Under the pieces are notes generated by a model that was given only the letters and a program-made list of their open reading frames with translations, did no database searches and had not been told where the DNA came from. This document shows positions 45,211-54,759 of a DNA stretch of 64,000 nucleotides, one piece after another (the stretch's first letter is position 1; each line of letters begins with the position of its first letter). The stretch comes from an uncultured Actinomycetota bacterium (GTDB lineage Bacteria; Actinomycetota; Actinomycetes; Mycobacteriales; Micromonosporaceae): the NCBI GenBank assembly GCA_963724705.1, contig CAVRVS010000002.1, positions 699,648 to 763,647 of the forward strand, in the 5' to 3' direction. Both the position numbers and the translations under genes were made by a program.

Positions 45211-47019
45211 GTGGCCAGAGATGTCCGCAGCGTCGGTGTGGTCGGACTCGGCACGATGGGCGCCGGCATCGTCGAGGTTTTCGCTCGAAGCGGCGTGGAC
45301 GTGGTCGCGGTCGAAGTCTCCGAGCCGGCGCTGGACCGTGGTCGCGAGCATCTGACCGGGTCCACCGATCGAGCGGTCGCCCGCGGCAAGCTTTCCGAGG
45401 CCGATCGCGACGCGCTGGTCGGCCGCATCCGCTTCGCGGTCGGCCTCAATGCGTTGAGCGACGTCGACCTCGTCATCGAGGCCGTACCCGAGCATCTCGA
45501 TTTGAAGCAGAAGATCTTCGCGGAGCTGGACCGGGTCTGCAAGCCGGACGCGATCTTGGCTACGAACACGTCGTCGCTGTCGGTCACCGAGATCTCGGTG
45601 GCGACCAGCCGCCCGAACCAGGTCATCGGCACGCACTTCTTCAACCCCGCGCCGGTCATGAAGCTCGTGGAGGTCATCAAGACCGTCGTGACCGCGCCCG
45701 AGGTCGTCGTCGACGTCGAGGCGCTGTGCGAGCGGCTGGGCAAGGTCGACGTGACGATCAACGACCGGGCCGGTTTCATCGCGAACGCGCTGCTGTTCGG
45801 CTACCTGAACCACGCCGTCACGATGTACGAGGGTCGCTACTCGAGCCGGGAGGACATCGACGCGGCCATGAAACTCGGCTGCGGCTTGCCAATGGGGCCG
45901 CTGGCGTTGATGGACCTCATCGGGCTCGACACCGCGTACGAGATCCTGGACACGATGTATCGCCGCGGCGGCCGTGATCGACGGCACGCGCCGGCGCCCC
46001 TGCTCAAGCAGATGGTGACCGCCGGTCTCCTGGGCCGCAAGAGCGGTCGGGGCTTCTACACATACGAGAAGCCAGGCTCGCCGGTGGTCATCGCGGACGA
46101 GTCGACCCCGGTGGCCGCCGACGACGCGGGATCGGCCGACGACGCGGGCTCGGCCGGCGACATCCACCAGAAGATTCGCAAGGTCGGGGTAATCGGCTCC
46201 GGCACCATGGCCACCGGCATCATCGAAGTCTTCGCCCGCAACGGGTACGAGGTCGTGTCCGTGACCCGCGGTGCCGAGCGGTCGGCCACCCTGGCCGAGG
46301 CGTTCACGAAGTCGCTGACCAAGGGCGTCATCCGCGGCAAGCTGTCCGAAGAGGACCGGGACGCGGCGGCCGCACGGGTGACCTGGTCGGCGACGCTCGA
46401 CCACCTCGCTGACGTCGACCTCGTCGTCGAAGCCGTGGTCGAGGAGTTGTCGGTCAAGACCGCCCTGTTCTCGTCACTCGACGACATCTGCAAGCCGGGC
46501 ACGATCCTCGCCACCACGACGTCGAGTCTTCCGGTGATCGAGTGCGCGATGGCCACGTCCCGGCCGGCCGAGGTCATCGGGCTGCACTTCTTCAATCCGG
46601 CGCCGGTGATGGGTCTGATCGAGGTCGTGCACACGATCCGTACCGCGCCGGAGACGGTCGAGACGGCTCGCGCGCTGGTCGAAAGCCTCGGCAAGCACCC
46701 GGTGGTCTGTGCCGACCGGGCCGGATTCGTGGTCAACGCGCTGCTGTTCCCGTACCTGAACGACGCCGTACGGATGGTCGAGGCGAGCTACGCGACCGCC
46801 GACGACATCGACTACGCCATGAAGCTCGGCTGCGGCTATCCGATGGGCCCGTTCGAGCTGCTCGATGTGATCGGCCTCGATGTCTCGCTGGCCATCCAGC
46901 GGGAGCTGTATCTCGAGATGCGAGAGCCGGGCTTCGCCCCCGCGCCGCTGCTCGAACAGCTCGTCACGGCCGGCTACCTGGGCAAAAAGGTCGGTCGGGG
47001 CTTCCGCGACTATCGCTGA
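45211..47019 (+). CDS. Tandem-duplicated 3-hydroxyacyl-CoA (3-hydroxybutyryl-CoA) dehydrogenase
   Basis: Two complete HCDH modules, each with a Rossmann GxGxMGxGI (VGVVGLGTMGAGIVEV; VGVIGSGTMATGIIEV) and a C-terminal dimerisation domain. GGAGGAG lies upstream of GTG 45211. Confidence 0.8.
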   Translation: MARDVRSVGVVGLGTMGAGIVEVFARSGVDVVAVEVSEPALDRGREHLTGSTDRAVARGKLSEADRDALVGRIRFAVGLNALSDVDLVIEAVPEHLDLKQKIFAELDRVCKPDAILATNTSSLSVTEISVATSRPNQVIGTHFFNPAPVMKLVEVIKTVVTAPEVVVDVEALCERLGKVDVTINDRAGFIANALLFGYLNHAVTMYEGRYSSREDIDAAMKLGCGLPMGPLALMDLIGLDTAYEILDTMYRRGGRDRRHAPAPLLKQMVTAGLLGRKSGRGFYTYEKPGSPVVIADESTPVAADDAGSADDAGSAGDIHQKIRKVGVIGSGTMATGIIEVFARNGYEVVSVTRGAERSATLAEAFTKSLTKGVIRGKLSEEDRDAAAARVTWSATLDHLADVDLVVEAVVEELSVKTALFSSLDDICKPGTILATTTSSLPVIECAMATSRPAEVIGLHFFNPAPVMGLIEVVHTIRTAPETVETARALVESLGKHPVVCADRAGFVVNALLFPYLNDAVRMVEASYATADDIDYAMKLGCGYPMGPFELLDVIGLDVSLAIQRELYLEMREPGFAPAPLLEQLVTAGYLGKKVGRGFRDYR

Positions 47020-47122
47020 CCGGTCGTGCGGTGGATCACGCGGCCGGGCCCGGCCGGGTGCGCGCAGCCGACCGTACTCTTGCATCGTGAGCCCGCGCCG
47101 ACACCACCGTGCCGCCGCCGAC

Positions 47123-47395
47123 GTGGCGCCGCTGGACGAAGGCCGCGCCCGCCGCGGTGTGGAGCGGGTGCACGAGGCGCGTGACGGAGAGTGGCTGGTG
47201 CGATCGATTCCCGGCGACGCGTCCACCAAGACCTACCGCTGTCCCGGGTGCGACCAGGAGATCCCGCCCGGGGTCGCGCACGTCGTGGCATGGCCGGCCG
47301 ACGGGCGCGGCGACCTGGCCGATCGGCGGCATTGGCACACCGCGTGCTGGCGGGCGCGGGACAACCGTGCGCCGCGGATCATCCGCCGACGATGA
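47123..47395 (+). CDS. Small conserved zinc-ribbon-like protein
   Basis: ...WLVRSIPGDASTKTYRCPGCDQEIPPGVAHVVAWPADGRGDLADRRHWHTACW has a CPGC...HWHTAC metal-binding-like arrangement. GC3-rich. Start uncertain (GTG 47123 or 47159). Confidence 0.5.
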   Translation: MAPLDEGRARRGVERVHEARDGEWLVRSIPGDASTKTYRCPGCDQEIPPGVAHVVAWPADGRGDLADRRHWHTACWRARDNRAPRIIRRR

Positions 47396-47425
47396 ACGCG
47401 TACCACCACGACTGGAGTTGACCAC

Positions 47426-48220
47426 GTGACCGCCATCCGGGCGAATTCGATCCTGCCGGCCCGCCGCACCGACATCGAGTTGGAGACCGCGGACGGTGTC
47501 ACGCTCGTCGGCGAGGTAGCGCTGCCCGCGGATCGCGATCCGGTGGCGACCATCGTGTGCCTGCATCCGCTGCCCACGCACGGCGGCATGATGGACAGCC
47601 ACGTGTTCCGCAAGGCCGCGTGGCGGCTGCCGGCATTGGCCGGGGTTGCGGTGGTGCGGTTCAACAGCCGGGGTACGGCCAGTGTCCGCGGCACGAGTAG
47701 CGGCGAATTCGACGGCGGCGTGGCGGAACGATTCGATGTGGCGGCCGCGATCGAGTACGCCGAATTCGCCGGCCTCCCGTCGATCTGGCTCGTGGGCTGG
47801 TCGTTCGGGACCGATCTCGCACTCAAGTACGGCTGCGACCCGAGCATCGTCGGCGCGATCCTGCTGTCGCCGCCGCTACGCTTCTCGACACCGCAGGATC
47901 TCGCCGTCTGGGACGCGGCCGGCAAGCCGCTGGTCGCTCTCGTTCCGGAGTTCGACGACTACCTCCGGCCGGCCGAGGCACGCGAGAAGTTCGGTGCCGT
48001 CCGGCAGGCCGAGGTGATCGGCGTACCCGGTGCGAAGCATCTGTGGGTCGGCCACGCCGAGACGGTGCTTGATGAGATCGTGCGTCGGGTCGCGCCGGCC
48101 GCCTACCCGTTGCCGACCGAATGGAGCGGGCCGATGGAGTTCGGGGACGCGAGCGCGTACGCCAACCGGACGACGGCCGCATTCGCCGACGTACCAATGC
48201 CGGATTCGCCGATCCAGTAG
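47426..48220 (+). CDS. Alpha/beta hydrolase
   Basis: CLHPLPTHGG and the nucleophile-elbow-like VGWSFG. About 264 aa with a GTG start. Confidence 0.7.
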   Translation: MTAIRANSILPARRTDIELETADGVTLVGEVALPADRDPVATIVCLHPLPTHGGMMDSHVFRKAAWRLPALAGVAVVRFNSRGTASVRGTSSGEFDGGVAERFDVAAAIEYAEFAGLPSIWLVGWSFGTDLALKYGCDPSIVGAILLSPPLRFSTPQDLAVWDAAGKPLVALVPEFDDYLRPAEAREKFGAVRQAEVIGVPGAKHLWVGHAETVLDEIVRRVAPAAYPLPTEWSGPMEFGDASAYANRTTAAFADVPMPDSPIQ

Positions 48221-48286
48221 CCGCGTGCCGGCCCGCGATGACGCGTGGCCGACGACGGCGCTCGCCGTCGGCCGCGTTGGCAGTGA

Positions 48287-50143
48287 CTACTTTCGATCTC
48301 GCCCGGCGCTGACCGGTTCGCTCTTCTTGATCGCGACGGTCGGAGCATCGACGCCGTCCGTGGCGTCGTCGGTGTCACCGCCGGATTCTCCGTCGGTGCG
48401 CGCCGAGGCATCCGCGTCGGCGGCTGTGGCGTCGGCGGCCTTGGCTCCGTTGGTTTTCGCCCCGTTGGCCTTGTTGCCGGTGGCCTTGGTGTCGGTGACC
48501 TTTGCGCCCGCCGTCGGCTGGTCGTCGCCGGACTGTGGGTCGGCCGCCTTCGCGCCGGCGCTCTTGGTCTCACCGACCGTTGCATCGGCGGCTTTCGCAT
48601 CGCCGGTCTTCACATCGCCCTTGGCCTCGTCTCCGTTGGCCTCGACTGACCTCGCGGTGGCGTTCGCGCCATCGGTCATCTTCGCCGTGCTGGAGACGCC
48701 ACCGGACGGCTTCGTGAGCGTGATCGTCTTGTCGTCGCCGTTGTCGGCGGCAACCGGATCGACCCGGACCGTCGGTTCGTCGATGTCCGGCTGCCCGCCG
48801 TGCGAGCCAACGGGGATCACGATGGTCGGTGAATCGTCGGTCAGCGCAGCTTGCTGCAGCGTGGTCGAATTCGAGCGCTCGACCTCGGCGCGAACCGCGA
48901 GGGCCGCCTGTGCCGCGGCGGCCGCCTCCTGTCGCGCGGCGGCCGACTGCTCCCGTGCCGCCACAGCCCGCTGCTCCGCGGCGGTGGTGTCGGCGCGGGC
49001 GGCCTGGGCCCGCTTGAGCGCGCCGGCCGCTTCGTCCTTGGCCGCGGTGAGATCGGCGCGGGCGGCTTCGAGTTGCCGCGCGGCGTCTTGGGCCTGCTCA
49101 TAGCTCGCTGCGGCCTGCTCGCGATACGCGTGTGCCTTCTGCTCCGCCGCGCTTGCCTGCTGTTGACTGGCTGCCGCGGCCCGGTTTGCCTCGGCGATGA
49201 TCCGTTCCGCCTGGGCCCGGGCCGCACCGAGCACGGCCTCACCCTCGGCGCGAACGGCGTCGCTAGCCTTGCGAGCGGCATCTTCGGCCTGCTCACGAGT
49301 GGTGACGGCGTAGCGCTCGGTTTCCGTACGCAAGGTGGCGAGCTCGGCCTCGGTCGCCGCCCGGTGCTCGGCCGACTCCTGATCGACGGCACGGCGTTGC
49401 TGCTGTACGTATGTATCGGCCTCGGACCGCGCCGACTGTGCGTACGTTGCCGCCTCGTTCTTCACCCGTTCCGCGTACGCGGCGGCTTCGGTCGTGACCT
49501 GCTGCGCCTTGCGCTGTGCCTCGTCCAAAAGCAGCGCGCCGGCCGCGGTCGCCTCAGCAGTGGTCGCCGCAGCTTGCTGTCGGGCGGCCTGCGCCTCGGT
49601 GTCGATCTCCTTGCGCGACTGGGCCACGTACGCCTCGGCTGCGGCGATCTCGGCGTGCAGCGCATCCCGGCGAGCGGCCGATGCTTCGTCCTCCTCGGAC
49701 CGTCGCGCGGCGAGGGCCACTTCGAAGTCGTGGATCGCGTTCGACCGTTCGGCCTGTGCCTCGGCCAGGAGACGCTCAGCCTCGCCCCGGATGTCGCGGA
49801 CGCTTTGGTGCGCGCCGCGCACGATGGCGGCGGCCTGGTCCTCCGCGAGTCCCAGGATCTGTTCCACGCGGTGGCCGAGATGGCGGAAGGAGGTCGCCTC
49901 GGTGACGGGACTGCGGCCGCGAGCCTCGGCGGCCTCGGCTCGAAGAATTTCGGTTTCGTTGGCCAGCGCCTGCGCTTGGCGTAACGCTTCGTCCCGCTCG
50001 GCGGCGAGTGCGGTGATCTCCGCTTCCGCCTGCTCGACGTACGCACCGACCTGGCGCCTGTCGTAACCGCGCATGACCAGCTCAAAACCGAGGTTCATCG
50101 GCGCAGCTTCCCCCATTGCGAACAAATCCCCGCCATGTGCCAT
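48287..50143 (-). CDS. DivIVA-domain coiled-coil protein (FilP/Scy-like), with Lys/Ala/Asp/Thr-rich C-terminal tail
   Basis: GFELVMRGYDRRQVGAYV is a DivIVA motif. FRHLGHRVEQILGLAEDQA is a FilP-like block. Hundreds of residues of Ala/Glu/Arg/Gln heptad-like coil follow. Start is ambiguous (50143, 50116 or 50098). Confidence 0.7.
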   Translation of the reverse strand: MAHGGDLFAMGEAAPMNLGFELVMRGYDRRQVGAYVEQAEAEITALAAERDEALRQAQALANETEILRAEAAEARGRSPVTEATSFRHLGHRVEQILGLAEDQAAAIVRGAHQSVRDIRGEAERLLAEAQAERSNAIHDFEVALAARRSEEDEASAARRDALHAEIAAAEAYVAQSRKEIDTEAQAARQQAAATTAEATAAGALLLDEAQRKAQQVTTEAAAYAERVKNEAATYAQSARSEADTYVQQQRRAVDQESAEHRAATEAELATLRTETERYAVTTREQAEDAARKASDAVRAEGEAVLGAARAQAERIIAEANRAAAASQQQASAAEQKAHAYREQAAASYEQAQDAARQLEAARADLTAAKDEAAGALKRAQAARADTTAAEQRAVAAREQSAAARQEAAAAAQAALAVRAEVERSNSTTLQQAALTDDSPTIVIPVGSHGGQPDIDEPTVRVDPVAADNGDDKTITLTKPSGGVSSTAKMTDGANATARSVEANGDEAKGDVKTGDAKAADATVGETKSAGAKAADPQSGDDQPTAGAKVTDTKATGNKANGAKTNGAKAADATAADADASARTDGESGGDTDDATDGVDAPTVAIKKSEPVSAGRDRK

Positions 50144-50264
50144 GCGCTCCATCCTCACACGGTTTGTCCCGTCGCGCTGGGATACACACCGGCACAACGG
50201 GACAAACGCGACTGAGTCTTAGCTGGGAATATGGCTCTAGCGGCCGCGCCGGAGTGTGCTCCGG

Positions 50265-51488
50265 TCAGGCCTCCGCGGCGACCTTTTCCGACTCCTTCTT
50301 GTCTTCCTTCGGCGCCATCATCTGCTGCGGCACGATGCCGGCCAGACCGGAGAGCATCTGACCCAACTGCGTCGTGACGGCGTCCTTCTGGCGGGTCAGC
50401 TCGTCGACCTCGCGACGCGCGGCGGTCGTCGCGGCGTCGGCCTCGGCCTTGGCCTCCTTGACCATGCGAGCGGCTTCGCTGCGGGCCTCGCCCACCGTCT
50501 TGTCGGCCAGCGCCTTCGCCTTGTCGATCGTGTCGGTGGCGGTGCGCTCGGATTCGACCCGACGCGCCTCGGCCCGCAACTCGATCTCCTTGGCTCGCTC
50601 CTCGGCCGTACGGGCCCGGAGGTCCGCCTCGCTGACGAGCTTCTGAGTCGCGGCCACCGCAGCGGTGTGACGCTGCGACTCCTCGCGCTCGGCCTTCTCC
50701 TGCCGTTCGGCGATTTCGAGCTGCAATGCCTGCAGATCCTTGTCGCGCTTCTCCCGAGCGTCGGACAGCATCTTGGTCGCTTCGGCGCGCTTCTCCTCGG
50801 CCTCGCGCGCGGCCTTCGCCCGGAGTTGCGTGATTTCGCGCTCGGCGGTGGCTCGCAGCGTCGCGACCTCGCGCTCGGCCGTGGCCTTCTGCTCGGCGAC
50901 CTCGTGCTGGGTCGCGGCGCGCAGCTGCTTGGTGTCCCGCTCCGCGTCCGAACGCAGTGTGTCGGCCTCGCGGCGGGCCTGCACCCGGGTCTCGGCGGCC
51001 TCCCGTTCGGCGATGTTGCGGGCGTTGCCTGCTTCGCGCTCGGCGGTCGCCTTCATCGCGGCGGCCTCGGCGCGTGCCTTATCGGTGATCTCGCGCGCCT
51101 CGAGCTTCGAGGCGGACACGATGCCTTCGGCTTCCCGCTTCGATTCGCCCCGATGATCGTTGGCCTGTTCCTCGGCGAGCCGGAGAATCTGCTCGACGCG
51201 GGTGCCCAGTCCGGACAGCGTCGGCCGGCTGCTCTCTTCGAGCTGCTTGTTGCTGTCGGTGAGCTTCTGCTCGGTCGTGTTCAACCGCTGCTCGGCCTGG
51301 CGGAGCCGGCGCTGCGCCTCGACGGCGCGCTGCTCGGCCTCGGTACGTGCCTGCTCGGCCTGCGAGAGAGCGGCGTTGACCCGCTGAACGTACGAATCAA
51401 CCTGCGCCGGGTCATACCCACGAATCTTTACGCTGAACTCGCCCTCTTGGGCGTTGTCGAAGAAGGCTGTCGACGATTGCTGGGCCAT
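50265..51488 (-). CDS. FilP-like intermediate-filament-type coiled-coil protein (DivIVA domain)
   Basis: FSVKIRGYDPAQVDSYV, LGTRVEQILRLAEEQA (compare the FilP block GLGARVEKILRLAEEEA, quoted from memory), a long charged coil, and the C-terminal LTRQKDAVTTQLGQM block. Confidence 0.75.
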   Translation of the reverse strand: MAQQSSTAFFDNAQEGEFSVKIRGYDPAQVDSYVQRVNAALSQAEQARTEAEQRAVEAQRRLRQAEQRLNTTEQKLTDSNKQLEESSRPTLSGLGTRVEQILRLAEEQANDHRGESKREAEGIVSASKLEAREITDKARAEAAAMKATAEREAGNARNIAEREAAETRVQARREADTLRSDAERDTKQLRAATQHEVAEQKATAEREVATLRATAEREITQLRAKAAREAEEKRAEATKMLSDAREKRDKDLQALQLEIAERQEKAEREESQRHTAAVAATQKLVSEADLRARTAEERAKEIELRAEARRVESERTATDTIDKAKALADKTVGEARSEAARMVKEAKAEADAATTAARREVDELTRQKDAVTTQLGQMLSGLAGIVPQQMMAPKEDKKESEKVAAEA

Positions 51489-51764
51489 GGAGGAATACTC
51501 GCAGACGTTCGAGGGCGGATTGCAAGCCAGGGGCAGAGCACGGCACAAGTTCCGGGGGCGAGCGTATCGCCAGCTTCAGGTCAGCGGAAGACCCGTCCCC
51601 CCGCGATTGGCTCACTGTTGACCCGACCTGGTGATAGGTCGACGTCGTCGGCGCGTCCGTTGCGGAGCGTATGGATTCGGCCGCCAAACGCCCAGGAGCA
51701 CGCTCATTGGCGATCACCGACGGTGTCCGAGGCGCGTCGGATGGGCCGCGGTCGACGCCCTCGA

Positions 51765-53126
51765 TCAACGGCCGCGGAATGTGTTGATCGCGTCGAGATG
51801 CTTGGCACGCAAGGCTTCGTCGCGTACGCCCAGTCCCCCGGTAGGGGCGAGGCACAGCACGCCCACCTTGCCCTGATGCGCGTTGCGATGGACTTCGTAC
51901 GCCGCCTGTCCGGTCTGCTCCAGTGGGTACGTCTTCGACAACGTCGGGTGGATGGCGCCCCGGGAGATCAGCCGATTTGCCTCCCACGCCTCCCGATAGT
52001 TCGCGAAATGCGAGCCGATGATCCGTTTCAGATTCATCCAGAGGTACCGGTTGTCGTACTGATGGAGGTAGCCGGACGTCGACGCGCAGGTCACGATCGT
52101 GCCGCCGCGCTTGGCGATGTAGACACTCACGCCGAACGTCTCGCGGCCCGGGTGTTCGAACACGATGTCCGGGTCCTCGCCACCGGTCAGTTCGCGTACG
52201 CGTTCGCCGAAGCGCCGCCACTCGTCAGTGTCCTGTGTGTTCTCGTCCTTCCAGAACGTGAAGCCCTCCGCGTTGCGGTCGATGACCAGCGTCGCGCCCA
52301 TCCGCCGGCACAGCTCCGCCTTCTCGGGACTGGACACGACGCAGACCGGTGTCGCTCCGCCGTTGAGGGCGAGTTGCGTGGCGTACGACCCGAGTCCGCC
52401 GGACGCGCCCCAGATGAGGACGGTGTCGCCCTGCTTCATCTGGGCGCCGTGATGCGACACCAGCTGGCGGTAGGCCGTCGAGTTCACCAGGCCCGGCGCG
52501 GCCGCCTCCTCCCACGTCAGATGGGCCGGCTTCGGCATGAGTTGATTCGACTTGACGATCGCCATCTCGGCCAGACCGCCGAAGTTCGTCTCGAACCCCC
52601 AGATGCGTTGCTCAGGATCGAGCATCGTGTCGTCATGCCCGGCGGCGTCTTCCAACTCCACCGACAGGCAGTGCGCCACGACCTGATCGCCGGGCCGCCA
52701 TTTCGTGACACCCGGGCCGGTGCGCAGCACGACGCCGGCGGCGTCCGAGCCGACGACGTGATACGGCAGGTCGTGCTTGCGGGCGAGATCCGAGCTCTTC
52801 GCGTACTTCTTGAGGAACTTGAACGTGGAGACCGGTTCGAAAATCGACGTCCAGACGGTGTTGTAGTTGACCGCGCTCGCCATCACGACGATGAGTGCCT
52901 CGCCCGGCCCGAGCGGCGGCGTCGGCACGTCGATGACCTGCAGCGACTTGCGCGGATCCTTGTCACGGCTGTCCAGCCCGTCGAACATCGCCGCGTCTTC
53001 GGCGCGAACGACGACGCCGCGGTAGGTCGACGGGATATCGACCTCGGCGAGCGCGCGCAGGACCTCGCCCGCTTTGACCGCGTCGGTGCCCTCGGTCGCC
53101 AGAACGATGTTCAGGATCTCCTGCAT
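51765..53126 (-). CDS. ccr: Crotonyl-CoA carboxylase/reductase
   Basis: About 453 aa MDR-family enzyme with Ccr-typical sequence (VNYNTVWTSIFEPVSTFKFLKKY...HDLPYHVVGSDAAGVV...IWGFETNFGGLAE...IWGASGGLGSYATQLA). Confidence 0.85.
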   Translation of the reverse strand: MQEILNIVLATEGTDAVKAGEVLRALAEVDIPSTYRGVVVRAEDAAMFDGLDSRDKDPRKSLQVIDVPTPPLGPGEALIVVMASAVNYNTVWTSIFEPVSTFKFLKKYAKSSDLARKHDLPYHVVGSDAAGVVLRTGPGVTKWRPGDQVVAHCLSVELEDAAGHDDTMLDPEQRIWGFETNFGGLAEMAIVKSNQLMPKPAHLTWEEAAAPGLVNSTAYRQLVSHHGAQMKQGDTVLIWGASGGLGSYATQLALNGGATPVCVVSSPEKAELCRRMGATLVIDRNAEGFTFWKDENTQDTDEWRRFGERVRELTGGEDPDIVFEHPGRETFGVSVYIAKRGGTIVTCASTSGYLHQYDNRYLWMNLKRIIGSHFANYREAWEANRLISRGAIHPTLSKTYPLEQTGQAAYEVHRNAHQGKVGVLCLAPTGGLGVRDEALRAKHLDAINTFRGR

Positions 53127-53450
53127 GCCGGGCCGCCTTCGGAAGTTGCGGGTACGCCAGATGACATGTCGGTCGTCATGTGCGAGCACGCGCCGCGCGC
53201 ATAGCCCTGTGGCGGTGGAGGTTACTGGTTGGTAGCTACGCGCGGAACCGAAATGTGAGTAAGTCCATCGACGTCGGCCCAATCACGCTCAAAGATGCAT
53301 TCAACCCCGTGGGTACGAGCGTAAACGCGCGGCGGCGACGCAATCGCGACAAGATGTCCCGCTCGTCCGGCAACCTCGCCGCCACGGCATGGCGTCTCGG
53401 ATGACACAGCGCTTCGACATCTCGTCGGAGCGGGACAACGGGGGGTTTTG

Positions 53451-54170
53451 ATGTTGCCAGAGTTATTCGGGCGGTGCCGTGATCGCCGACCGACGGCGGC
53501 GACGCCGTCGGTCCTCGGCCGAGGCCGCATCGCCGCTGTTCTCGTCGGCGCGGCCGGGCTGGCATGTGCGGCTGTCCTCGGCGGGTGCGGGACCCGTCCG
53601 GCAGCCGCCGCCGCGGCGATCCCGGGTGCACCGAACGCTTCGACCAGCGCGATACCGGCGCCGTCAGCGCCGCCCTCGTCGCCGGCGCAGTCCGGGCAGC
53701 CGAGCGCCGCGCCATCGCCGTCGGCCACCAGCACGTCGCGCAGTTCGAGCGGAGGCACCCCGGTCGCCTGCCGGCGTGAGCACCTGACCGCTGGCAAGGT
53801 GCAGTCCGGCGGGGCCGCAGGCACGGCCGGTTACACGATCGACTTGACGAACCACGGCAGCACGAAGTGCACGCTGCCGGCCATTCCGAAGCTGTACTAC
53901 ACGACGACAGGTGGCTCGATCCGCGCGATTCCGGTGACGTCAGTGCCGGGAAGCACATCGCTCGCGCTCCCGCCGGGCCGGACCGCCGAGACCAACGTCC
54001 TCACCGTCGACGGCTACGGGGGATACGCCACCGACTCGCCGCACTGCGCACACCCGGTCGTCTATCGCGGCATCTCACTGGCGGTCGCTGACGGCCGCAT
54101 CGCGCTGCCCCACTTCGAACTCGATGTCACGTGCGATGGCGTCCGGGTCGCGGGCTGGAACTTCGCATAG
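53451..54170 (+). CDS. DUF4232-like secreted lipoprotein
   Basis: Lipobox LGGCG and a Pro/Ala/Ser linker. The Cys-containing beta domain (CRREHLTAGKVQSGGAAGTAGYTIDLTNHGSTKCTLPAIPKLYY...) is typical of DUF4232. Confidence 0.65.
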   Translation: MLPELFGRCRDRRPTAATPSVLGRGRIAAVLVGAAGLACAAVLGGCGTRPAAAAAAIPGAPNASTSAIPAPSAPPSSPAQSGQPSAAPSPSATSTSRSSSGGTPVACRREHLTAGKVQSGGAAGTAGYTIDLTNHGSTKCTLPAIPKLYYTTTGGSIRAIPVTSVPGSTSLALPPGRTAETNVLTVDGYGGYATDSPHCAHPVVYRGISLAVADGRIALPHFELDVTCDGVRVAGWNFA

Positions 54171-54180
54171 GAGGCCCGGT

Positions 54181-54657
54181 TCAGCCGACAGCCGGCTCGA
54201 CGAGCTCAACTAGGACACCGCCGGCGTCTTTCGGGTGGACGAAATTGACCCGGGAGCCGGCGGTGCCGCGCCGCGGCTCGTCGTAGAGCAGTCGGACGCC
54301 CCGGGCACGAAGCGCGTCGCAGGTCGCGTCGATGTCCGCCACCGTGTACGCGAGCTGCTGCATTCCCGGTCCGTTGCGATCGAGGAACTTCGCGATCGTC
54401 GAGGTGGGGGTAAGCGGCGCGAGGAGCTGGAGGCAACCGCCGTCGGTCGTCGGGCCGACGGCGAGCATCGCCTCCCGTACCCCCTGTTCCTGGTTTTCCT
54501 CGATGTGGACGCAGGCCATGCCGAACACGCGACCGTAGAAGTCGATGGCCTCGTCGAGATCGGCGACGGCGATCCCGACATGATCGATGCGCAGGATCCC
54601 GATCGATTCGACCGGAAGCGCGGGTGACGAGGGTGACACGGGGTCGACGGATGCCAT
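54181..54657 (-). CDS. mce: Methylmalonyl-CoA epimerase (VOC family)
   Basis: LRIDHVGIAVADLDEAIDFYGRVFG...GPGMQQLAYTVADIDATCDALRARGVRLLYDEPRRGTAGSRVNFVHPKDAGGVLVELVE. Only the last 158 codons of track ORF 54181..55542 are used. Confidence 0.85.
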   Translation of the reverse strand: MASVDPVSPSSPALPVESIGILRIDHVGIAVADLDEAIDFYGRVFGMACVHIEENQEQGVREAMLAVGPTTDGGCLQLLAPLTPTSTIAKFLDRNGPGMQQLAYTVADIDATCDALRARGVRLLYDEPRRGTAGSRVNFVHPKDAGGVLVELVEPAVG

Positions 54658-54759
54658 CGGGTTAGTCTGACGCACCATAGAGGTAAAGCATCGTTCAGGC
54701 GGTGCTCTTCGAGTCCGGTCGATCAACGATGACGGCCGGCGACCGGCGGAGGCGTACGC

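Noticed and set aside
50256-53204. 982-aa plus-strand ORF
   Set aside because: It is antisense to the FilP-like gene and ccr, both of which have strong family signatures. The translation is dominated by L/G/R repeats generated by the complement of the coiled-coil codons.
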